From: Eledone cirrhosa
Lineage: Eukaryota
DNA: 64,000 nucleotides
Reading direction: 5' to 3'
Assembly: GCA_964016885.1 (NCBI GenBank)
Contig: OZ024746.1
Span: 73,098,001-73,162,000 of the forward strand
Positions 52,434-64,000 of this stretch are shown piece by piece (position 1 is the stretch's first letter; every line of letters starts with the position of its first letter). Made by a program: the position numbers and the translations under genes. The notes under the pieces were generated by a model. That model was not told the DNA's origin. It did not search any database and saw only the letters and a list, made by a program, of their open reading frames with translations.

Positions 52434-54533
52434 TTACCGTATTTTTGGTAGAGGAGGGATGGTTTTTACATCCCTTTTCACTTGATCGTCTGGTGAAGGG
52501 ACCGTTGAATCGTCCCTTCGGCTGGTCGTCGGCTCTTCTAAGAGAATGTCTGAATATACTCTTCGATTAATGGTTCCTCCTAGGTCCCTGAAATCACCAA
52601 CTGCGTTGGGGAATTTCGTTTTAATGTTTGTGTATTGTTTCTGTGCTATTTTTAGCAGTCTTATGTTAGTTGGCGTTTTGATTGGTGCTGGTATTATGTA
52701 GTCCTGTTGTGAAATGTCTGTGTGTTCAATTATGTAAGTCATTAGTTTCTTGTTGTGTGTGTTTATTGCCGTGCATTTGTTTTTCTGGGGGTGGGGTGTG
52801 GTTCTGCTATTTTCTTGTCGTTGTTGCTGGGTGTGTGTGTTTTGTTGTTGTGTTTGCGATGTTGGTGCTTGTGGTGGTGGTGTTGAAGGTGTTGTTGGCG
52901 GTGGGGTTGTCGCCGGTGGTGATGGTGGTGCTGGTGTGGGTGGTGATGGTGTTGGTGGTGTTGCTGCTGTGGGTCTCTTTGCAGTAGACTTTACCCTTTT
53001 CTCATTTCTTTCCTCCCTTTTCAAAGGCGACGATGCGCTGCTTCTGCGTTTGTGCCTTCTTGAGACCTTTTGCCATCCCTCTCCCACCTCACACTCCATG
53101 TCTGATTCTGTAAGGTCGGGGAGGGGTACCAGCTCCACTCTTTCACTTGTTGTTGTTGGTGATGTTTGCACTGGAGTCTCTGTTGCAGCTGCATTTGGTA
53201 TTGCTGTTGTTGTTGTTAATATTTCCACTGCTGCTGCTGTCTTTGATTTCCGTGGAGTGGGTATGGGTGCCACGGACCTATCGTTCCTGGTTGCCGCTTG
53301 TCCTGTTGCTGGTAGCCGTGGAACCGGATTCGGGAGGAGGGGGGTTTTCTCCTTTCTCAGGGTCTTCTCGTTGCAGAAGGCCCTGAGGTGAGTCTTCGAT
53401 CCACAGCGAAAGCATTTCGGGCGTTTGCCCTCAACACTTATGGGCAGTTGAGTGCCGTTATCGAAGTCTATCACATCCGGGATAGCTTCGATGCACTCCT
53501 GGTTGGTTTGGATTAGCATCTCAATGGAGGAGCCGACCCAATCTTCTCTTACTTTTTTCTGTACTTGCAGTACAGTTGTTTTGTCCTCGATTCCGACGAG
53601 GACAGACGCGGCCAGCCAAGAAGGGGTCATTCCGGGGGGGACGTGGGTCAGTTTGACCCTCACAATTTTTTGCCCGCAGTAGGAGGGCACCAACACCATT
53701 TCCTCGCTCCTTAGGGTCACTACTGATTGGGCCTTTGCCTCCTGGGGTGTGGCAAAAAGTACGTCTACGGTGGCGTATTTTTTGCCTCGGGTGATGTGCG
53801 TTTTCCTCTGCCACACAGACCCCAAGGCTTTTTGTATTTGGGCCTCTGTGGCTCTTTCCACCCTACGGGATTTTGTACTTACTGTACGGTACGTGACCGT
53901 ACAGTGTTCTTGGGTTTCGAAAAAATTTTTCGCTGCCTTGCAGATTGCTCGGTGTCCGTTCTTTGTCACCATCTTCTTCGCTTCCTCTAATTCCTCATTT
54001 GTTATGAGGATTGTTTCCAGGTTTTTCGCAATACCTGCAAATGAGATTGGTTTTTCTCTGCTGTTGTTGTTGTCGTCAGAGCTGCTGGTACTTTTGTTGT
54101 TGCTGCAGGTACTACGACTACTGCCTCCGCCGCTGTTGCTGTGGTTGTTGTTGGTGTTGCTGCTGCTAATGCTGTTGTTGTTTATGCTGCTGGTGATGCT
54201 GTTGCGGCTGCTACTGTTGTTTTCATTGTCACTGTTGCTGTTGTTATTACGGCTGCTACTGCTATTATTCCTGACGTCAGACGAATGAACTGGGTTTTCG
54301 TATTTCCCGCACACCTGTTTCGTCGCTGTCGTCGTCGTCGTGGAGAAACCTTGCACGCTTTGCACGAGACTTTTCTTTTCTTTCGTCGCTTGCGAAAGAG
54401 AAGGTAGGGAGAGAGACACATTTAAAGAAGGGAGGGAGAGAGACAATCTTCTCTCTCCTGTAGTGATGATTGAGGAAGAAGAAGACGGAATGAGTGGGAG
54501 TGACGTATGAAATTTTTTTTTTTTGGTAGCCAT
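52434..54533 (-). CDS. ORF1: nucleic-acid-binding protein with CCHC knuckle
   Basis: Probable ATG at 54533 (AAAACATGGCT); RRM-like middle (inferred), CFRCGSKTHLRAFC, Pro/Thr-rich tail. Confidence 0.85.
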   Translation of the reverse strand: MATKKKKFHTSLPLIPSSSSSIITTGERRLSLSLPSLNVSLSLPSLSQATKEKKSLVQSVQGFSTTTTTATKQVCGKYENPVHSSDVRNNSSSSRNNNSNSDNENNSSSRNSITSSINNNSISSSNTNNNHSNSGGGSSRSTCSNNKSTSSSDDNNNSREKPISFAGIAKNLETILITNEELEEAKKMVTKNGHRAICKAAKNFFETQEHCTVTYRTVSTKSRRVERATEAQIQKALGSVWQRKTHITRGKKYATVDVLFATPQEAKAQSVVTLRSEEMVLVPSYCGQKIVRVKLTHVPPGMTPSWLAASVLVGIEDKTTVLQVQKKVREDWVGSSIEMLIQTNQECIEAIPDVIDFDNGTQLPISVEGKRPKCFRCGSKTHLRAFCNEKTLRKEKTPLLPNPVPRLPATGQAATRNDRSVAPIPTPRKSKTAAAVEILTTTTAIPNAAATETPVQTSPTTTSERVELVPLPDLTESDMECEVGEGWQKVSRRHKRRSSASSPLKREERNEKRVKSTAKRPTAATPPTPSPPTPAPPSPPATTPPPTTPSTPPPQAPTSQTQQQNTHTQQQRQENSRTTPHPQKNKCTAINTHNKKLMTYIIEHTDISQQDYIIPAPIKTPTNIRLLKIAQKQYTNIKTKFPNAVGDFRDLGGTINRRVYSDILLEEPTTSRRDDSTVPSPDDQVKRDVKTIPPLPKIR

Positions 54534-55541
54534 GTTTTTTTGTTTAAAATGAAATTTTGGGTACAAAACCCCAATAACTGGCTATTTAACCCCGAAGGGC
54601 CAAATAACGGACAGAAAGACCCCTCTCACGAGGAGGAGGGTGTCTTTATCAACAATTTGGTTCAAGTTTTAAACAATTTACAATTGTTTTAACGGTTAAA
54701 AATTACTATACCTTACAGAGCCGAGCCTCCGTCAACCATGGCATTCAATAATAATAATAATAATAAGAAGAAGAAGAAGAAGAAGAAGAAGACGACGACG
54801 ACGACGACGACGACGACGAAGACGACGAAGAAGAAGAAGAAGAAGAAGAAGAAGAAGAAGAAGAAGAAGAAGAAGAAGAATGTAAGAATAAGATGTAGAA
54901 ATGTAAAAAAAAAAATTACAAAAGAGAATCTAGAAAGGAAAAAGAACATGAAATAAAGAACTTTAAAGAAACTAAACGAGAGAGGAAGGTAAAGGTAGGT
55001 GCGGGCATGACTAGGTGGTTAAAAAAGGTAAAATTAATTTTGGAGTAAACAGAGTGAAAATTGGGAGAATATGGCGAAGATTTCTTTGGATGGGAAAGGA
55101 AAAAATTCTAGTAAAATGACGTAAAATATTCAGAAAGAAGGAAAGACCTTTATTTATATTTGCACACGTACATAAACAAACATACATAAACGCATATATA
55201 TATGTAGAAAATATATGTAATGAAGGGAAATAATAAAGGAAGAAGAGGAGACAGAATAAAATATAGTTAGATAGAAAGATAGAAAGTAAGAAATAAAAAG
55301 GATGAAAAGAACTAAAACAAGAAAGAAAAACTACTTTGTAAAAATGCCGGAGAAAGATCGAAAGAAATAGAATCATTGAATAAAGAATAGCAAAATAACA
55401 AAGATGAAATAAGAAAATACGGAAAGTGTGGAAGAAATACAAAACGGGAGAGAAAAATAATATATAGAGGGCATGTGTGTGTATGAGAGAGAGAGGGGGG
55501 CGAGAACATGGATGATAGTGTATATATATATATATATATAT

Positions 55542-55583
<42 letters not shown>

Positions 55584-55626
55584 TAAACAGAGAGAACATG
55601 GATGATAGTAAGTACATATATATATA

Positions 55627-55761
<135 letters not shown>

Positions 55762-55795
55762 GTATATATATATGTATATATGTATATATAAATAT

Positions 55796-55874
<79 letters not shown>

Positions 55875-55889
55875 CATATATATATATAC

Positions 55890-55938
<49 letters not shown>

Positions 55939-57810
55939 CAGAGAGAGAGAGAGAGAGAGAGAGAGGAAGAGAGGGAGAGGAGGAAACAGAGAGAAAGAAA
56001 GCTAATAGAATATAACAGACAACAAAGGTATGATAATATCGATTTCTTATGAGTAGATCGAACAACAGGATCAATATTTATAAGGCAGGGGAATTATTGT
56101 CACACTTCAACTTGATTTGTTGTACTTATTTTATCGAACCTGGAGAGGTTGTACTTTTTAAAAAGCATATATCGATTTTGGTAATATTCAAACTTTATGC
56201 AATGTAATCGAACTGAATATTTTACGTAGTCTTTAGTTCAACGATTTATTGTTTTAGTCACCTCAATCATCTCGAATATGCGCCGGTCTGGTTGTGTTGA
56301 TAAGAAATTCACTTTGTAATTATTTAATATCATGGTTTATTCCCTTTTAACTTCATTTAACGCTAATATCTCAATTTAAGTGCAAATCTCAAGTGACAGA
56401 AGTCAGCTAATGAAGCAACCATGTTCCAACGCCATCTTGAACTCCACTTGAAAGTTGTTGTTTTCCTATGTCTGCCATCTTACAAAACTTACAATCTGAG
56501 TAGAAGTGTAGATTGAATCAGCTGAATAAATCTTATAATTATACTCTGCAGCATTGGACATTTTTTCTCCTATTAATTGTAATATGAAATAAATAAATAA
56601 ATAAATATATAGATAAATAAATACATAAATAAAGCACATTTTCTGACCGGAGTTGTTGATTAACTAACTACTAGTTACCACTGATTAAGGAAGATTTAAC
56701 TGCTAGTTCTAGTAGGTCAAGCAACCACGTAAAGTCTCCTGTAGCTTGGGTTCAATGATGCTGCTCTTGCTAGTATTTAGCCCCAAGTTTGCTCTGATCG
56801 AGCATCCTATGATCACATAGGAAATAGAGATGACTAAAACAAGGACCCTTATTGGATGAGGTGATTGTTTATTGGACCTATTAATGATGACGCTGTTTTG
56901 AATCAGAAATCCGCTGTTGTTGTTAGTGGCATTGGTGTTGTTTTACTTCAGGTCTGAGTAGATCTATGATCGATTCATCGAATAGATGTGCAATCAATGC
57001 ATTCCAATGATAATCATTTTATCATATTTTCTTGCATAGCACAGCTAGACCTAATTTATCCAACTGAGTTACCTTTTAACATTCTAAGGTTCGGATTTAT
57101 GAAGACTTTGCTGATATTTCTAATGGTTCATGCGGCCACATACAAGCTTCTCTGTTAGCTAGTATTGGGCTATTGTTGTCGTTCTTTTTTTATTACAGGT
57201 GGGGTCGGGGTCTCAAGTCTCCCATGACCAAGTAACCGTATAATGAAAACCATTCCAATTATGGACATATCTTTCATTTTTATGACGCTACTATGTGGTT
57301 TGAACGTAATTTGTCTGCTATTTCTAGCAGGACGATCTGTTATGAGGAGGCTCCCATATGTTCTTTCTTATATATACTAGTATGTGATAGTGATCTGTAT
57401 AAGAATCTGTTTATATCTTGAAGTGATTTTATGTGCGTTGTTGTTGCGCTCTGATAAAGCAGACACGATCAAATGTGTCCCAGCCCAAACACCATGTTGT
57501 TTATTTAGACAATTTCCAACGTTCCAGTCATGACCAAGGAATGGGGGTTTTACTTTATTTAAACTGGATCTCACTAATTGGAGTTCAAATGTCCATGGCT
57601 TTCGCTAATATTCATATTGCTCAAGTATAGATAAAATATAAACCACATTTGTATTGGTGAGATGGCTCACACTATATAACTACTGCTTCATTTCTCGAAT
57701 TAAAAGAATATATATATTTGAATTTAGTTTATAAAGCATAATTACAAAAAAAACAAAACAAAACGAAAAGAATACTGCAACAGAATTATTGCTATTACTA
57801 TCAGTGAATG

Positions 57811-58269
57811 TGGCGGTGAATTGGCAGTATTGGTAGCGGGTCGGACGCCATGCTTTGACGCATAGAGTTATGGCCCTTGCCATTCTGAGTTCAAATCCCG
57901 CCGAGGTTAACTTTGCCTTTGATCCTTACGAGGTCGATAAAATAAAGTACCAGTAATGTACCGGGTAATTGCTGGCCTTGTGCCAAAAGTAGAAACAATT
58001 ACTATCAGTGGATCTCAAGCGAAATTAAATTCCATGTTTTAGGCAATGCATTTGTACTGTTAATAATATTTTAAACAATAATTGTTTCTACTTTAGGCAC
58101 AGGGCCAGCAATTACCCAGTGCATTACTGGTACTTTATTTTATCGACCCCGTAAGGATGAAGGGCAAAGTTAACTTCGGCGGGATTTGAACTCAGAATGG
58201 CAAGGGCCGTAACTCTCTGCGCCAAAGCATGGCATCCGAAACTCTACCAATACTGCCAATCCACCGCCC
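57811..58269. mobile_element. two SINE family 1 copies, tail to tail
   Basis: 57811-58001 (+) and 58078-58269 (-). Confidence 0.85.
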
Positions 58270-58549
58270 AATATTTTAAACAATAATGATATTCAAGCCT
58301 CACTTCAATTGACTATAGCCCCAGCTTTTACAAAAGGTGTTTTGTAATTACGAGAAAATCATTTTTTTCGAAAATGTTATAATAATTACACGACAGAAAT
58401 ATAATTTTAACAGCTAAGGTGTCACGACATCTTCCACTGGGGTATATTGCATCATTTTTAGCATGCTAAGACTGCATAGAGGCCATAAAAATATGGCTTA
58501 CTGAAATAACACATAATTCTATTTACTCATAAGAAACATTATGGCGTCA

Positions 58550-58865
58550 TTATATAAAACGTATAACGACGCCTTGGTATGAAATATATGCCCTTCACAT
58601 ATGTTAACTAGAAATGATGGGTTTCAATCAACGGAACAGCTGGCTCATTGTTATTAACGTCTAAGTGATTGAGCATTCCACGGGCATGTATCTCATTAAT
58701 ATATTAATAGTTTTCAGGGAGATTCATCGTGACGCAAAGCTATCACCTTGAATTCAGGCACAAATCATTTTTGCCAGCTGAGTGGACTGAGGTAACGTGA
58801 AATAAATTGTCTTGCCCAAGGAGAATGTGTGACCCGGTCCGAGGGTCGAACTTGTAAGTCGCTAC
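58550..58865 (-). mobile_element. SINE family 2, degraded
   Basis: CTTGCCCAAGG and TGAGTGGACTG on the plus strand, reverse of the CORE-like region. Confidence 0.6.
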
Positions 58866-59017
58866 ATAGAAAAGAAAAGTACGTAAGTAAAATATACATT
58901 GTAAATATTACCAACAAAGGTAATATATGTGTGTATGTATGTGTGTGTGTATAAGATGTTGATAACCCTTTCCTGAACCCTATTCTGGATACAGACACAC
59001 ACACACACACACACACA

Positions 59018-59136
<119 letters not shown>

Positions 59137-59573
59137 ATATATATATGGTGGCTGCCAACTCGTTTTCGAGTACGGCCACTACTTTATATCCATGTAGGAG
59201 AACCCCTACCGATGCGCTGAACAAGTGTGACTTTTTAGTCCAGCCAGCGACTTTACACTTGTGACAATTATTGATTGATTGTTGGTCCCATGGTACCATG
59301 TGACGACAAGTGCAGAGAGATCTCCAGATATAAAGCAATGCCTGTGCCGTGAAGCTTTTATAGTGAGCAAAGGCACTGCACAAAGCCAGTCCCACTCTCT
59401 TAACCAAGATGATATTTACCAAAAAGAAGAACAAGTCAACATCATTGGATACCATCAGAGTTGCAGGTGTTATATCAGAGTTTTCCCTCTCCTATAATTC
59501 TGCCTTGACAAAGGCTAAGGGGTCATCTCTCCCGGATATATATATATATCTAAATATATATATATATATATTA

Positions 59574-59639
<66 letters not shown>

Positions 59640-59674
59640 TCTCTCTCTCTATATATATATATATACATATACAT

Positions 59675-60210
<536 letters not shown>

Positions 60211-60834
60211 AAAGATCCTATGCCTGATTGTGGAATCGTAGACGAACCGTCATACGGCGTGTCTAGGGCACTTTTAAACCTGGCCGTAGCCCAGCTCTCT
60301 CCAGGTCTGAACACAGCTGATTTTTTCTACAGAGGAAGAATCGACCCCAGTACTGGACTGGTACTTTTTTTAACAACCTCGAAAGGATGAAAGGCAAAGT
60401 TGACCTCGGCGTGATTTGAACACAGAGCACGCAATGAGGTGTGACGGATACTGTAAAGCATTCTTTCCGACGTTTTAATTTGCCGCCTATTTTAGATATA
60501 CAAATCCCCAAAAGAAACAATACTAAAAACCGATATGTATTTGAAACCTACCGACTGTCTGTAAGTGTCTTTACCCTATTTTATAAGCTACTTTATAGCA
60601 ACTGGCTGAACTTATAGTTACATTCTGTGCCTGATCATACTACATTTTCTATAAACTTTATTCTCTCAGCGCTTTGTAAGTTCGAAAGTTCGGGCTTCGC
60701 ATACGATGTTTATGTATGTACGTACGTATGTATGTATGTATGTATGTATGTATGTATGTATGTATGTATGTATGTATGTATGTATGTATGTATGTATGTA
60801 TGTATGTATGTATGTGTGTGCATGTATGTATATA

Positions 60835-62088
60835 CGAGGGTGGGCTGAACATTTCATAGGCTGACTATGAAGCAGTGATGCTATAGCTGCGAGATCTTGA
60901 ATGCATTAATTCCAACTCTTCTTATTAATAGCTGCATTGTTTCTTTCAATGTAAACTCAAATTCGACTATTCAAAGAAACTTTAAATGTAACTAGTGTTA
61001 TCCCTCGGAAATGGACAACATTTGACATCTTAGTGTTATCAAGTACCTACAGAAAAATGGTTTAGCTCCCAAAGACATTCATGCTGACATGGCTTCTACA
61101 TTAGAGGATGACGCTCCAGCTTTACCAACAGTGCAAAAGTGGTCAGTTGAATTTAGGAGGAGAAGAGAGAGTCTTGAAGATGACCGAAGGTTTGGACATC
61201 TTGCAACTGCCACCACAGAGGAAAACATTGATCGTGTTCACCAAATTGTGATATATGTCAAGCGATTGACTATAAATTAAATAGCCAGTGCTATTGGCAT
61301 ATCACGTGAGATAGTTGAGAATATTCTGCAGAATGAAGTTTTCTGCTCGGTGGGTGCCATGTCTTCTGACACCTGATCAAAAGCGCACCAAGCTGACCGC
61401 ATCACAGGAAAATCTGACATCGTTTGAGACAGATCTAGTTGGTTTCCTTGAACGTTTCCTAACCCAAGATGGGTGTTGGGTTCATCACATTGAGCATGAG
61501 TCAAAGATACAATCAATGCAGTGGAAATACTTCTCCTCGCCTGTTCTAAAGAAGGCCGAGGTCGTTTCATCTGCAGGGATGTTTGGTGGGATGCAGCAGG
61601 TATTCTGTTTATTGACTATTTTCAAAAGTTCCACACCATCAATGGAGAGTACTATACCAGCCAACTTGCTGAGGCAGTTACGAAAGGTTATCAAGACCAA
61701 ACGCCCAGGAAAACAGACGAAAGTCGTCTTGTTTCGTCAGGACAATCCTCCATCACACAAGTCCTTGGCTTCAATGGCTGATCTGCGTGATTGTGGCTTT
61801 GAACTTGTTGATCACACTCCCCATTCTCCTTATTTGGCTTCATCTGACTATCTTCTGTTCCTCAACATGAAAAAAACAGTATCGCAGTGACGATGACGTC
61901 ATATCTGCCGTTGATGACTTATTTGAGCAACAGGATGAAAACTTCTTCATCAATGAGATCCAAGCACTGCAACACCGATGGAAGAAGTGTGTGGACTGCA
62001 AGGAGGACTATGTTGAAAAATAAACCTTATTTTGTCACATTCCATAAGAGTATCTTGGTCAGCCTCTAAACCTTTCAGTCGACCCTCG
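60835..62088 (+). mobile_element. full-length inactive mariner transposon
   Basis: TIRs CGAGGGTGGGCTGAACA / TTTCAGTCGACCCTCG, TA on both sides; broken transposase about 61011-62023 with WVPCLLT, QDNP..H, HSPYLASSDY. Confidence 0.9.
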
Positions 62089-62551
62089 TATATATAGATA
62101 TACAATAAAAGAAACGCTGGCTTTAACATCGATCCTTTCCAAAGAAATGCCAAACAATGAAGCTGCAATACTCTGAGACCTTTTCATACATTGGATTAAC
62201 TGCTAACTCTTTATAAAAACAAAACAACCATACAACCAACATATACATTCTCAACAGAAGTGTTATAGAAGCCTAGTGCTAGTGTTGATAATAATAATTA
62301 CGAAAATGAAACTGATGGTGGTGATAATGATGAAGATGATGATGAAGGCAATATTTGTGGTGGTGTTGGTGATAATGAGGATGATGGCGATGATGGCGAT
62401 CACGATGACGATGATGATGATGATGATTTAGATCCTTAAGAGAACCAAGATATGAAATGTGAGTACAAGTAATGGAATACTTGTTGGTTTCGCAGTTTTT
62501 AATGTGATTATAAGTATAATGTGGATAGGAGCAATGTTGGTGGTGATGATC

Positions 62552-62815
62552 CAAGGAGTGTCGGTGTTGGTTTGTGGTGGTGGTGTCTGTGGTTGGTGGC
62601 TGCTAACCCTGGGTAGAGGTTGTTGTTGGTGGTGATGATTCAAGGAGTGTCGGTGTTGGTTTGTGGTGGTGGTGTCTGTGGTTCGTGGCTGCTAACCCTG
62701 GGTAGAGGTTGTTGGTGGTGGTGATGATTCAAGGAGTGTCGGTGTTGGTTTGTGGTGGTGTCGCTGCGGTTGGTGGCTGCTAACCCTGGGTAGAGGTTGT
62801 TGTTGGTGGTGGTGA
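62552..62815. repeat. 89-bp tandem repeat, 3 copies
   Basis: CAAGGAGTGTCGGTGTTGG starts at 62552, 62641 and 62730. Confidence 0.85.
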
Positions 62816-63226
62816 TGGAGGCGTACAATGATATATGCATAGAACAAACCATTCATTCTATGCCACTCCACACCGAAATATCCATCAGCCACCAACACAG
62901 CCCACTCACATATACACATTCTCAATAACATTTACAGACGTACATATACACTCACATACGCACACCCACACCAACACCAACACACCCACATTCACACGCA
63001 CATATACCGATACTAAATCATATGTGTGCATTCACACACACACACATACTCTCACGCTTACATTCGTATAAACACATACACTCGTACGTGCACATTCCCT
63101 CATAGACCACATTCATGCCCGAACTCTCACACACACACACACACGCGCACCGCACGCTTACATTTGCACATGTACACACGTGTACATTCCTTCACTCTCC
63201 ACATTCATACACACACACACGCGCAC

Positions 63227-63257
<31 letters not shown>

Positions 63258-63499
63258 TACACACACAGATATACACCCATATTCACGCACAAATACTCAC
63301 ACTGATGAACACATTCGGCACTCAACACACACTCTTTAATAACTCTCATACACACATATAAAAATCCACACATATAAACACACACACACATAAACACACA
63401 TAGATCATATTCAGTCACACAGCTCCTGAAAAACATGCACACCTACACCCCCTTTCAATCTCACACTCACTCATATATACTCAGTCACTCGATCAACTG

Positions 63500-63790
63500 A
63501 ATGTCCAACTCGTGGGTTGAGTATTCCACAGACACGTGTACCCTTCACGTGATTCCTAAGCTGAATCAGCGCAACACAATAGGTAACAAGCCTGGTCCTT
63601 TGAATTATAGGCAAAATCCATCAAACAGGTTTCCACACAGTGTCTGTCTACTTAGTTTCACTTACAAGCCTTGGACTAGTCTGAGGCTAGGGTAATGACA
63701 CTTGCCCAAGATGTTTTACCGTTGAATTAAACCAGGAACCTCATGATTGGAAATCGTATCTCTTAATCATTCACTCATGCCTGCGTGCGC
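63500..63790 (-). mobile_element. SINE family 2-related, degraded
   Basis: GTATTCCACAGACACGTGTACCCTTCACGTG and CACTTGCCCAAG match the reverse of the 4319 family. Confidence 0.55.
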
Positions 63791-64000
63791 AAGATAAATA
63801 TAGCTAGAGCAGATAAATAACTCGAATATGTACGATAGCTCACGCACACACATCCACCCACGCATGCACTCACACTAAGAAATATATGAATACATTCACA
63901 TGCGCTCGTATATACATGTACACAGACACACATGTGAACACAAGCAGGCAGATGCTCTTACATGTCCACAGATAGACAAGCACTCGTGCACATACACACG

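Larger units (their letters stand above)
48716..54746 (-). mobile_element. Tx1/L1-clade LINE copy 2, apparently intact
   Basis: Both ORFs open; AATAAA at the 3' end; (TAA)n arrays on both sides. Confidence 0.92.

Overview
AT-rich, microsatellite-saturated eukaryotic DNA. The SINEs and repeat landscape suggest a cephalopod (Octopus-like) genome, which is an inference. No host protein-coding gene is supported, and most of the ORF track is microsatellite read-through. Four young non-LTR retrotransposons sit in (TAA)n arrays: two near-identical R4/Dong-type RLE elements in opposite orientation, and two Tx1/L1-type elements with near-identical ORF2 but very different 5'UTR/ORF1. There are also mariner, RTE and SINE relics. 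The most notable signal is a dense set of short Penelope-like (PLE) 3' ends inserted into (TA)n. They carry type I hammerhead ribozyme folds from about eight sequence families, several with non-canonical cores. Many are asymmetric fold-back palindromes, and they share an 8-nt GAGTRCTC-like motif in the 3' tail. GIY-YIG endonuclease remnants missed by the ORF track are physically linked to two of these families. All alignments, translations and folds were done by eye; coordinates of degraded elements are approximate and clade names are from memory.
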